DNA of 54,414 nt, filler included, from Bipalium vagum (lineage: Eukaryota): the NCBI GenBank assembly GCA_037834085.1. It is 3 parts of 3 records of this genome, joined end to end, with 100 filler letters (N's around TTAATTAATTAA, not from the genome) between each part and the next. Parts side by side here need not be neighbours in the genome. Positions count along the whole stretch, not along the records: positions 1 to 16,385 come from JBBMKC010106882.1; 2 more parts are not named here. One strand, 5' to 3'. The translations under genes and the position numbers were made by a program. Position 1 is the first letter of the stretch. Every line of letters starts with the position of its first letter. This document shows, piece after piece, positions 1 to 10,789 of the stretch. The notes under the pieces were generated by a model. It was not told where the DNA came from and searched no databases. It was given only the letters and a program-made list of their open reading frames with translations.

Positions 1-69
<69 letters not shown>
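1..69. repeat. (ATT)n microsatellite
   Basis: Perfect ATT trinucleotide run at the window start. Confidence 0.98.
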
Positions 70-72
<3 letters not shown>

Positions 73-779
73 TTAACTCATAATTTATATTCTTTTAAAA
101 TATTGTTTATTGAAAATAAAACGCCATTATCTTTATTTTTATTATTTTATGTCTGATGATGATATGTTGCTTTATTTTGCAATAATGGCAATTGTATTTG
201 TTCACTCTTTCATATTTAAGGTTTTTTAAATAAAATATTAAATTGCAGCTTCAGTGTTAACATATTTTTTTTACAGTTTTCATTCCTAAAATAGAACAAC
301 ATTTTCTTTTGATGTCCATGTTTAAATATAAAAATTAATTTGTTTTAATTAATTCTGAAATTTTTATTGTGAAAAGCAGTAATGAATTGAAATAATAAAT
401 GTTAACTGAGTAAATGTTAATAAACTCTTTGTTAAAAGTCTTAAGCAGGTAAAAAAAAATCAACAATCAACAAGGTTGTCACACGCATGTGTCTCTTTCC
501 ATTTCTTCGAAATAAACTATAGATGGAACACCTGGACATCAAACTGACATAAAATGTCATATTTCTCTTTAAGAGTCAAGATTTTCTTTTTATTCATTAT
601 GGGTAATTATAAAACAAATTTAAAAAGTAAAGTAAATCATAAATTTAAAAAGTAAAGAAAAAAAAATTAAATATTACAAATCAATAATTAAAAAGTAAAC
701 GAAAACTAGACAAAGTTGAAACATCAACAAAATCGAAATTATTAGAAGTTAAAAATAAAAAAATCTTAAACTAAAATTG

Positions 780-898
780 TTCTGTTTAAACATAATCGCT
801 TTAACAGAACCAAAAGTAATAGTAAAGATAGAAATGAGAAAGTATAGGACCGAGATTTGTTTTGTTTAAACGGGTCTGTTTAAGCAGGTTATACTGTA
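780..898. mobile_element. pogo/Tigger-type terminal inverted repeat remnant (MITE end)
   Basis: Reverse complement reads TA-CAGTATAACCTGCTTAAACAGACCCGTTTAAAC, a CAGT-initiated pogo-like end with subterminal TCTGTTTAA repeats. Partner end not found. Confidence 0.45.
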
Positions 899-2235
899 CT
901 TAAAGATTTATCAATAATTCACATATTTAATTAATCATTTTAAAATTAATTTTTAGAATTACTCTGACAAAATGAGCCTAGAAATTCTTCAGAACATTTT
1001 CTATCCACAAAATGAAGATGATAATATTTATAAAAAAATGTAAAAGGACAATGAATGCATTAAACCTACACAAAAAATGACTTCTAATAGAAAAAAAGTT
1101 CATTACATAATTTTTATTCTTTTTAACTGAAAAATCAGTTTTAAATAACGAAGTTATATTTTAATAAAGATAGCTAAAAGGAAGAAAATTTCTCTCACAT
1201 TCTCAAAGTCTCTAACAATATCTAATTTTTTGAATTATTTAAAATAATCAAAACCTGGATTAGAATCTCCTTAGACTTCGATTATCAACGAGAAATGTAA
1301 TAAAAATATATTTATAAAAGCGTTTGAATTGCCAATTGAGTGATTTATAAACAAAATGGGATTTAACATATAAGCGCAATAATAACAGCAAGTCCAAGTA
1401 AAAACGGGGAGAATTCCAAACTGTCTGGAGACCCATATACAGCTGGGATGATAATGGAGAAACGTGGTCGCTTTAAATATCATCAATAATCATCATTAAT
1501 CTTTTTAATATGAAAATTCACACTATCACATATTATCATCAGAGCATCTCAAAGGAGGCTTTTTAGAAACACAGTCCCCGTTAAGCCAGATTGTAATTTG
1601 GCTGCTTTCAACTCTTAGACACAGTAGACAATACTAATGGAAAATTATTAACTGGAGGAAGTCTGGATCAGGTCTTCAATAGCTGTCCTACAATCTTTGA
1701 ATTTTTATTAAGTAATAATATAATGAAAAAATATCTCACCATACTTAATAACAATTAAGTAATAATTATAATAATAATATTATTATAATTCTTAATCACA
1801 TTGACCAGAAATGTGAAAATATATGTGAATATAAATCTTCGGGAAAGCTCTTTTCTTATTCACGCAAAAATGTCTGTAATCTGTAAGAATTTTATTTTTT
1901 TAAAATTATTTTCTCAAAGATGAATTTAATATGGTTTCATTTTGGCAAATCAGCCATTATTAAACTGTTATTTTTTCCTAATCTTAAAATATTGGTCGAT
2001 TATGCTTTAAACAAACGTTGTTTCACAATTACAAATATAAATAAATAAATATTATTAAATCGTAAAGTATAAATGTATAATTTTATCCGATTATGTTAAC
2101 TTAATTATCTCTGATTTATTTTATTATAAATTAATAAACTTTGTTTTATTGTTATGTTAGAACTACTCAATTTAAAAACCAAGATAAGACATTGACTTAT
2201 ATTCTTAAATATAATTTTTAAATTATGGTTTACGG

Positions 2236-2460
2236 TTAATGGAAAAATTACAAATTCGCATTGTCATGAAATATGTGTTCCGTAGATGACTCAGCACACT
2301 GGTGATTTTAATGGAAAATCAGCCCTACGAACAAAGTCGACAATAAATCGAAAGTTATAGTAGAAAGAAATTTATATGCAAAAGCATTTTAATTCATTTA
2401 GTTTTCTGGTCTCACGAAACAAGAGTGATTGTTATTTGTGATAAAAGATGGATTGCCTCT
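2236..2460 (+). mobile_element. degenerate mariner transposase 5' fragment
   Basis: MEKLQIRIVMKYVFRR, GDF..ENQP, TKVDN and IVICDKRWI (cf. RIVTCDEKWI), with stops and deletions. Confidence 0.6.
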
Positions 2461-2681
2461 AGCTTCATAGATATGATCAAAGTGTTAAAAGCATTCTTCT
2501 TAGTTGAATCATCTTGCCAAAAGAAGCATAAATAATAGATATGCTAGTCATATGTCTTTGAATGGTGATTTACTACTTAGTGGTGAGTGATTATAAGGGA
2601 GAAATTTGATCTTGCATCCAAGATACTTGGTGACATCTTTTTAACCCATTTAATTTTTTCTCGCTAATTCACAAATTCTAG

Positions 2682-3661
2682 TTAATCCATTAAATTAGGT
2701 CTATCATTCCCTGGAAATCCATGGGAGAAGAAATCCTTTAGCTGACTACGAATCCACTGATGCACTGATTTTTTGAGCTCTACGCCAGAATCGAATTTTT
2801 TTCCTTCTAGTTTCTCATTGAGGGGTCCAAATAGATGTAAATCACAAGGGGCGAGGTCGGCAGAATAAGTAGAATGTGGCAAACAGTCAGTTTTCAGTTC
2901 TATAATTTCATTCACTGTAGCCTGGGAAGTATGTGATCGTGTATTATCGTGCTGCAACAGGACACCACGACTAAGCAGTCCATGTCGATTTGTTTTAGTT
3001 TTAGATGATTTTGAATTAGATGACAATACAATGCACCTGTTACAGTAGATCCTTTTGATATGTAATGCTAAAGAATTGGGCCTTTTTTATCCAGAAAGAG
3101 ATTAGGCATCAGTTCACTTCTTTGGAGGTGAAGAAGAAGAATGTCTCCATTGTTTACTTTCTCTTTTTGACTCGGGTTAGAAATAATGAACCCAACATTC
3201 TTCACCATATGACGATGCTATCTAGAAAATCATCAACTTTTGTTTCATAACGATGCAGGAGCATTTGATAGATCTCCATCCGGCGGACTTTCATGTTGTA
3301 GGTAAGTTCGTCTTGGAACTTGTTTTCACATAAGATGTGATCAATTTCGGAAATTTTCTCTATTGTTTCAGTTGAATCTGATCTCCCAGATCGGGATTCA
3401 TCGCTCAGATTTGTTAATCTGCTTTGGAATTTCCTGTCATTTATATACCTGCTGAAGTGATAATCATGCATCCCCATACTTTGATAACATTCAGCAATGA
3501 ATATTAACAGGAATTTCGCCATAACTGCCTAAAAATCGAATTATTATTATCTCCTCTTTAATTCATTAAGGTAGAGATATCGCCATCATCATTTTAATGC
3601 GAATATTAATCATGGATATGCGTTTTTAGTAATTTAAGGTTACTTTTTGACTGACATCGTA
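2682..3661 (-). mobile_element. mariner (DD34D) transposon, frameshifted and internally deleted
   Basis: ORFs 3202-3522 (LSDESRSGR, FLDSIV) and 2682-3026 (LLQHDNTRSH...HSTYSADLAPCDLHLFGPL, 34 residues between the last two Asp). Terminus TA-CGATGTCAGTCAAAAAGTAACC at 3661; a related terminus occurs at about 28864. Confidence 0.92.
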
Positions 3662-4662
3662 CATGAAATTATTGTGTGATTATTTATCCATTTTGTGAAG
3701 ACACAGAACACATCATTTTAAACAATCATTAAAATATAAAATTTGATAGATCAGCTCCCAATTTTAATATTGACACATGAGATAGTCTACTTAAGAATTG
3801 TTTATAAATTTACAAGGTAATTGTGTGTTTTACCTATGAAGCTAAGAAATTTTCCACTGACCTAGTGATAAATTTTTAATTTTTACCATTTTATTTATGA
3901 AATCAACTAATTATCAATCAAAATTATCGTAGTTTATTATTGAATTCTAAATTTTTCCATTTCTTTAGTGGTGAGATACGGATTTCTTACGAGGTCCAGC
4001 ATTCAGAGAAAGTTAGTCAGCTCGATTCTAGTAGAGGTCATCAGTATACTAACGAAGCCCATCAGATACTGAAGAAGCAATTTGATCAGTCAAAGTCTTT
4101 CGATTTATGTGTACTCAGTCAAACTACTCAAAATCTAGGTAGTATTAAAATCTTTTAAGAAAATTAAAAAAGGAACATCAAGTTAATTGTAGATAGAAAA
4201 TGTGTTAAATAAAACAAACTTTTAAGGATATTAAAACCAAGAGCTTCGAACTCCCAAATCAGCCATAGCGACATTATACAAAAAATTAATTATTAAACCT
4301 TTGGGTGTTCAGTTCCTACTTTTCTAATGTATTGATTTAGTGCAATTATAAAATGCAATTATTTAATAATTAATTTAATTATAATTAAAATGACATTATA
4401 TTTACGTTTATGAACTCTATTAATTTAGTCTAAATTGTAATTGATTTTTAACTTTTAATCAATTTAAATTATTTTTGCACTTTTTATTTAATAATGATTA
4501 ATAAAAATTTCCTTAACTGAGTTATCATAAGAACATTTATAACTTATTATTTTTATTTAAAAAAATGTATAAATATGTCGAGTTATAGTAAAGATGTTGT
4601 AGAAATAATTGAAATTGTCAATAAATACATAGATTAAATAATAAAAAAATGTTTTAACAATT

Positions 4663-6380
4663 ATTTATTCGCTCCAAGGAAGATGAGAGGTCTCCCAGGC
4701 CATTACGATAAGCAGTGAGAGAAAGCCGGCCCATTTCCTGATGAAGTTCAGGCGCTGAATATTTAATAAAAATATCATTAAAGAAAAATAAAAGAATAAA
4801 ATTCGCTCGAAATCGATTAATTATAAAGAAGCACGATCCACTTTTAAAAATATTTTTTGTATTTAAATAATTTAAAAATAGTTAAATTTTTTATTTTTTG
4901 CATTATAAAGTTGATATTTTTTATTTATTCTAATTTTATATAGACAGTCGTGGCCATAATTCATCGGCCACCATGTCATTTATTTACTATTATTCCTGTG
5001 GACCCTGGTTTCTTCTTCCGAATAAAACCGTTAATGCAACTGTCTATAAAACGATTCTAGAAGAAAAACGTTAAACTGTTTCTTGCAATTAAAAATTGTG
5101 ATTATTTCAAAGGTGATGGAGTGCCAATGCCACCAGGTACGCATCAAAAAATTCAAAAACGTCTTGTACACGTTTTCAAATTAAATCTTTTGTAACCAAA
5201 TGTATTTTTTAAACCATTGTGGTGATGAATTATGGCGGCGACTGTTTTTTTAAAAAATAAATAGCCAAAGCCTTCAGCATGATCATTTCGTCACATGTTA
5301 ATAGTATCAAATAATTTAATAATAATTTTTTAAAGAATAAATTTATAAAAATGTGTTGGTTTAAAAATATTAAATAAATATAATTAATAATTAATTATAA
5401 TATATTAAATAAACGGATTTTCGATTTTCTATTGAATTTTCCCGAAAACTTGTATTCAATTTTGTATCATTTTCACCGCTTATATATTTGGAATATTTTT
5501 TACGAAACATTTGTAGGCAGAGATTTATCTTTTCGAGAGTATCAAAGAGACCTGTCATTTTGACATTAAATTAAAATGTGTAAGATTTATTTTTTGTTGT
5601 TGTTGATTTACATGATCTCAATTCTCAATTTCAATAAGAGGTTTCATTTGGAATTATTAATTTTTCTCAATAATAAATAATATCAATCAATTATTTGATA
5701 TATTGTATTACAGCTCTCACAAATTCCGAGCAATGAAAATTATCAAAAAATAAAAAATGATAAATGATAATATTATTTTATTATTTTTATAATAAAAGTA
5801 TGTTGACAATTTTTTTATTTTCTTTTTTCCAAAATATTTAATCAAAACGAATTTTTAATAAATATAAAATAAAAATTGATTTAAATCATATTTCTGTAAA
5901 TCCAAAGAAAAACTTAATTATTAATACCTGTTTTTTATTCATTAAAACAAAGATTATTTTTCTCTTAAAAGAGAAATATTTTGTTAACGAAAAATATAAT
6001 AATATTTTATTTATAAAGCAAATTTGACGTACATAAGGTTCAGAAATTAAATAAAAAAGCAAGAGTACCATGGATATAATCAACCAAGATGGGTTTATGA
6101 TAAATTTCATTCATCTGAATAATTGATTTGGTTCAGTCTACATAAAAGTAACCAAATATCCAGTAGCAGGGAAGTTCCAGATCTTCACCGATTGCACAAT
6201 ATTTGATATTGTACAAGACTTTAAGAATCCACTTGATTTCCTTTTTGGAATTCCAATATTGATTAGAATGTCTATTATATCGAATAGACATTGACCCAAG
6301 AGATCAAATAATCAACGTCTTCAGTTGAATATTATAATCCGATTTGGCCAGTTTTATTTTTTTCTTCAAGTCCGAATACT
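4663..6380 (-). CDS. putative multi-exon gene(s) of unknown product; model uncertain
   Basis: Open exon-like blocks bounded by AG/GT: about 6378-6010 (YSDLKKKIKLAKSDYNIQLKT / HSNQYWNSKKEIKWILKVLYNIKYC..., open only if 45- and 27-nt in-frame introns are assumed), 5551-5415 (LFDTLEKINLCLQMFRKKYSK...) and about 4755-4665. No homology recognised. Confidence 0.25.
4945..5244 (+). mobile_element. internally deleted Tc1-like element (MITE-sized)
   Basis: TIRs CAGTCGTGGCCATAATTCATC and rc CAGTCGCCGCCATAATTCATC; internal remnants NKTVNATVYKTILEEK and FKGDGVP (cf. FQQDNAP). Confidence 0.8.
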
Positions 6381-6852
6381 TTAAGATATTTTTATTATCA
6401 ATTATATCAAAGTTTCATAAAGAGTCAATTGGAAATTTTAAATCAATCAATTTTATTTAGAGGTTTCATTTGGAATTATTAATTTTTCTCAATAACGAAT
6501 TATATAAATCAATTATTTGATATATTGTATTACAGGTCTCACAAATTCCGAGCAATGAAAATTATCAAAAATTAAAAAATGATAAATGATAATATTATTT
6601 TTTTATTTTATAATAAAAGTATTTTGATAGAATTTTTTTATTACCCCTAAACATTTATTATTTTCTTTTTTCCAAAATATTTAATCAAAACGAATTTTTA
6701 ATAAATATAAAATTAAAAAGTGATTTAAATCATATTTCTGTGAATTCCAATTAAATTATTGAGAAAGAATTAATTATTAATGGCTGTTTTTTATTCATTC
6801 AAACAAAGATTATTTATCTCTAAAAAGAGAAATATTTAGTGTTAACGAAAAA
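5637..6852. repeat. direct duplication: 5637-5994 and 6459-6852 flanking a unique ~460-bp segment
   Basis: Both copies start AGAGGTTTCATTTGGAATTATTAATTTTTCTCAATAA, share CTCACAAATTCCGAGCAATGAAAATTATC, and end GTTAACGAAAAA. Confidence 0.93.
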
Positions 6853-7179
6853 AAAAACATTATTATTTTAAAGAAATCCTATTTGATTTTTTAAATTATT
6901 TTAATGCAAAATATTCATGTATTAAATATATGAAAGTACTTCTGATGAACTTTTAGTTTTTTCTTATAATCCCTGGACAAAAGAAGAAGAATGACAGAAA
7001 GTACTGAAGAAATTGTTGAAAAATCGAATTTTCCAATATTCAATGAGATTTATTTTGTTTAAATTTCAACCTATCATTCCGAAATTTGGAGAATAAGTAC
7101 AGTAAGCCACAATCCGAAACGATTTATCATCAGCACATTTTCGAAATCTTTTAGATGATAATCAGAGAATACATTGCAT

Positions 7180-7640
7180 AGCTTTGACACAGTTGTATAT
7201 TGTTTTCTTGATAATCACAGAGATTAGGAATTTTAACGATATTGGTTGTCGAATCTGCCTTAAGCTAGATGTGGTAGACTCAGATCTTGTCAAACCTAAA
7301 CTAAATATAACCCCTTATTCAGAGGAGCACGGAGAACAATTTCACTTAAATTTCCTTCATTTTGAGCAGCTCTATCAAAGTAATTGTAATAAAAATATGT
7401 TTCTAGGCCATTTTGGAATTAATACGAAAAAATCATTTCAAAAAGTCGAGATATGGTAGACTATTTTCACATTCTTAAATGTTCATATCTTTTTTCGCTA
7501 TATTTTATTAAATGATGGAAAACAAATTCACTTTACCAATAATGCAAAATTTCGCATTTCCTTGGGTAAGAATAAACATTTTCTTCCAACTTAGGTTTCT
7601 GAGATGTCCAAAACAATGAGTACTAAAAACATGTAGTTCC
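7180..7640 (+). mobile_element. DNA transposase 3' remnant, probably CMC/Chapaev3-like
   Basis: YSEEHGEQFHLNFLHFEQLYQSNCNKNM resembles the SDEHGERFHQDI..MEKRYQG.W...M transposase motif. Family assignment is from memory. Confidence 0.55.
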
Positions 7641-8164
7641 CAAGGCATTCAATAATTACTACTTGGTTTCAATATATTATCTTTATTATTTGACTTTCTA
7701 AATTATTAATTATAATTGTAACCAATGCTATCATATTGAGGTTTACTATATATTTTATTCTATGGTTTTCTATTAATAGTAATCTCGTTTCCTTCTTATA
7801 TAATTTTAATTTTAACCCTGTGTAATTTGTTTCAAAATATTATCTATCATTAATCATCAAATATGGCTGTTTCATTATTATTAGGTCGACACATAAGTAA
7901 TGTCGTTTTTAATGAAAAATTTTAAATAACAAAAGAAGTCACCCAACAGATATATTAACTAAATACATAAGCACCATTGTTTTCTACGATGTCACTCGAT
8001 TTAGAAACTTATTTTATAAGGTCATCTTTATAAAAATCCTGTGGTTTGGAATCGAAGAAGTCTTGGATGGCTATATTTATAGCTTCATGGAAATCGTTTT
8101 TTACCAAAAAATGTTGCGTTGCACGGAAAATATGGTAATCAAAAGGCGAGATGTTAGGAATGCT

Positions 8165-9515
8165 TTAGTATTAGCTATTAATTCTTTTTCATATCCGGGA
8201 ATCCTAGGATAGTCGCTTTAGTTAATTCCTCCTTCATCTCGCAAAATCCTCTCTCACATCTTTCAGACCATACCAATTTTATGTTATTACTTCCACACAA
8301 TTCCTCCAAGGCCCTCGATTTCTTTGAATAATTGTTTATGAATCTTCTATAATAGTTACATATTCTAAGGAAACTCCTTAAATTCTTGACACATTTTAGC
8401 TATTCGGAATTTTTAATAGCCTCGTTGGATCTGTTCGAATCCCTTTTTTGTCTATTATATTCCCCAGGAACTTTAATTCGTTCCGTAATAAGTTGCACTT
8501 TTCTGGATTCACTCGCAATCCTAACTGTTGAATACGGTTTAAAACTCGTCCCAAGCTCTCAAAGTTGATCTAAGCCTTCTGAATTCGTCAGTTATTTTCT
8601 TCGACTTTCTTTTCTTCCTGTAATCGATAACCAAACTGTCGTTGCATATCTATTCATCATACAAGATCAGGGTTCATGTCTTCCACTACTGTAAATCGTA
8701 TGAAATTCCTACTCTTCGAAATTTCTACATCTACTAGAATCTTTCCTACACCGATCATTTTGCTGTTTTTCGCGCATTTCAACACATCTTCGCAACCAAG
8801 AAGTTCTATATTATTTAATCTTCTAAATATATATTGACTCATCACATTTATCTGCTCCTGTGTCTAATAAGCATTCAAAGCACTTTCCTTTAATTTCAAC
8901 CTCAGCACAAGGTCTACCTTGTATAATGTCATACTTAATCTTCACTTCACCGGTCTCTTCTATGGCCATTATTCTGTTATCATTATTCTCATCATTCATA
9001 TCTTTATTACAACTATCTTTGCAATCTTTCTTTATGAAAGCATATACCTTTCTATCAACTTTCTCTTCATCTTTTATAATATTGATAAAACTACTTCTAT
9101 TATAAATATAAATATTGCGATTTGAACTGGCATCTAGTTTAGATCTCCAGTCAATTCCACTTCGGATAGAGCTTGCTCTTTTAGGTCTCCTCTCTGTAAC
9201 TGTTCGTTTCTTTATTAAAATAGTTAATCTTCTCTCCTTGCTACATAGTCTCCTTCTTCTACAATTGCATTTACGTTGTTTGCTCATTCACATCCATTAT
9301 CCTCCTATCCTTCTACCAACGTTTGAAAAACTGTTGTTCCCATCATATTTGCTGCTCACATTCTTCTTCGGTTAAAAAATAGATTGTCTGTAACTCTGCT
9401 GTCTCAAATTTGTGTAGCATTCCTCTGTACGGTGTCCATTCATATCACATCTCCTATATCTTATCCTGTCACACTGACTTCTCAGGTTCTGATCAGATCC
9501 ACATGAGAAACACGA
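8165..9515 (-). mobile_element. Ty3/Gypsy LTR retrotransposon internal fragment (gag zinc knuckles, aspartic protease, RT C-terminus, RNase H linker)
   Basis: CFSCGSDQNLRSQC and RRCDMNGHRTEEC knuckles; LLDTGAD protease; after a deletion GLRVNPEKC...LRSFLRICNYYRRFINNYSKKSRALEELC...LTKATILGFPDMKKELI. No LTRs remain. Confidence 0.9.
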
Positions 9516-9667
9516 TATCATGGTGAAGAATTACTCTATTTCAATTGGTCAAAGCTGACCACTTCTTTTCAAGTTTTTTTTTACCTGGTTGCAACAGCTC
9601 ATAATGAATAACACCCCTAGCAGACCACCAAAAAATTTAATAATACCGTTTGTTAGTGAAAATTAAT

Positions 9668-9739
9668 CGGAGATACTGGGATTCGAACCCGGGACCTTTA
9701 CATGCGCATGCACTGCTCTGACCGCCGAGCTACATCCCC
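9668..9739 (-). promoter_or_regulatory. tRNA-Ala-derived Pol III internal promoter (A and B box) inside the TRIM LTR
   Basis: GGGGATGTAGCTCGGCGGTCAGAGCAGTGCATGCGCATGTAAAGGTCCCGGGTTCGAATCCCAGTATCTCCG: tRNA-Ala-like 5' end, A box TAGCTCGGCGG, B box GGTTCGAATCC, acceptor stem pairs, anticodon arm non-canonical. Confidence 0.85.
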
Positions 9740-9764
9740 CGACTAACTTTCAATTTATCTCACA

Positions 9765-9776
9765 CCCCCCTCCTTT
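9765..9776 (-). other. polypurine tract of the TRIM
   Basis: AAAGGAGGGGGG immediately 5' of the TG start of the 3' LTR. Confidence 0.9.
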
Positions 9777-9878
9777 AAAGCTCACTTCCATACCCTTAAC
9801 CGCCCCGAGTCTGTTTTACTTCAATTTCTAATCCATTCCTTTACATTTATACTTCCGAGACCTCGTCCGCTGATTGGT

Positions 9879-9896
9879 GTCCTGGTGTGGTCGCCA
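9879..9896 (-). other. primer-binding site of the TRIM (probably tRNA-Arg)
   Basis: TGGCGACCACACCAGGAC abutting the LTR end ...CTGACA. It is complementary to a tRNA 3' end GTCCTGGTGTGGTCG-CCA, similar to tRNA-Arg(UCG) ends (identity inferred). Confidence 0.85.
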
Positions 9897-9934
9897 TGTC
9901 AGTAAAAATTAATCGGAGATATTGGGATTCGAAC

Positions 9935-10789
9935 GAACAAAATTGTATTTTTACAACAAGTCTTTACAAATAATTAAAAATAAATCAATTGCACATTTCT
10001 GTGAGCCTAGTATGGCATTTTTACAAAAGAAAAAATAAAAGATAAAGTTTATCACATAATTCAGTTTTGTTAATTATAGATTAATTCTTCATCACAATCA
10101 GTCAGATTTTGTCCGTCATCATTGTCGTCTGTCTGACTTTGTGGTTCACCATTGGCAATATCGTCCAGTTCAGTTTGAGTCATCTTCAGCTTTCCGACAT
10201 TCCGATGAAAATTCCACTGCGTTGCGCGCCACTTGATATTTGAAGATACGCAGAATTTTCCGATTTCCGTTGATTTACGTTTTGAGAACTGCAGCTTTTT
10301 GAGAATTTCGTCATTCCGCGTTTCCCATGATCCGAGGCATTCAACGGTAAATGTGTCCAGCATTATTGTCCATTGCGGCAGATCTTCATAATGCCTGAGA
10401 TTTTTCTCATGATTCCAAAACATGTTGTTTTCGGTGTCATAAGGGTATTTGACGTCTATGAGAAGAAGACGTTTTTGATTTGTGAATTCGATTTGAAAAT
10501 CCACTCGTTGTGTAGAGTTGATATATTGACTCTCTGCGTTGACAAACACTTTTGCCGTTGTGTTTGATTTGATCTGATCTGCGAGATAGTCTTGAATCGT
10601 GTTGTGATGAATGTTCTGAAATATTTTCGACTGATCCTAGCCGACGAGAACATGCGATAGAGTTTCCTCTGGTTCATCACATCTTCGGCATCCTCTGAAT
10701 GGTGATACCAAGCAGAAATGGATATTTCGCCATTGAATATGTCTTGTGGAGATGAATGATTGACAAATTGAAGACGCGAAGCGACCAGC
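9935..10789 (-). mobile_element. 5'-truncated RLE non-LTR retrotransposon (NeSL/R2-type) inserted in the TRIM 5' LTR
   Basis: One frame 10789-10070 with a single TAG: WRNIH...CRRCDEPEETLSHVLVG*...HHNTIQ (CCHC knuckle and RHN motif), then RVD...LLIDVKYPYD...KNLRHYEDL...CLGSWETRNDEILKKL (PD-(D/E)xK endonuclease). 135-bp 3' UTR ending TTTTGTTC. Confidence 0.92.

Noticed and set aside
2682-3661. SETMAR/Metnase host gene
   Set aside because: No SET domain; frameshifted transposase with a TIR.
4700-4765. Hammerhead ribozyme or U3 snoRNA
   Set aside because: CTGATGA is present but no correctly placed GAAA and stems; the U3 5' box A region is absent.
5637-6852. LTR pair of a retroelement
   Set aside because: No TG...CA ends, PBS, PPT or TSD.
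9668-9739. Functional tRNA-Ala gene
   Set aside because: No 7-nt anticodon loop, and it lies inside an LTR with PBS, PPT and TSD.
9651-9934. tRNA-derived SINE or simple tandem repeat
   Set aside because: Homology extends about 25 bp upstream of the tRNA start in both loci, the ends are TG...CA, and PBS, PPT and a 5-bp TSD define an LTR element.
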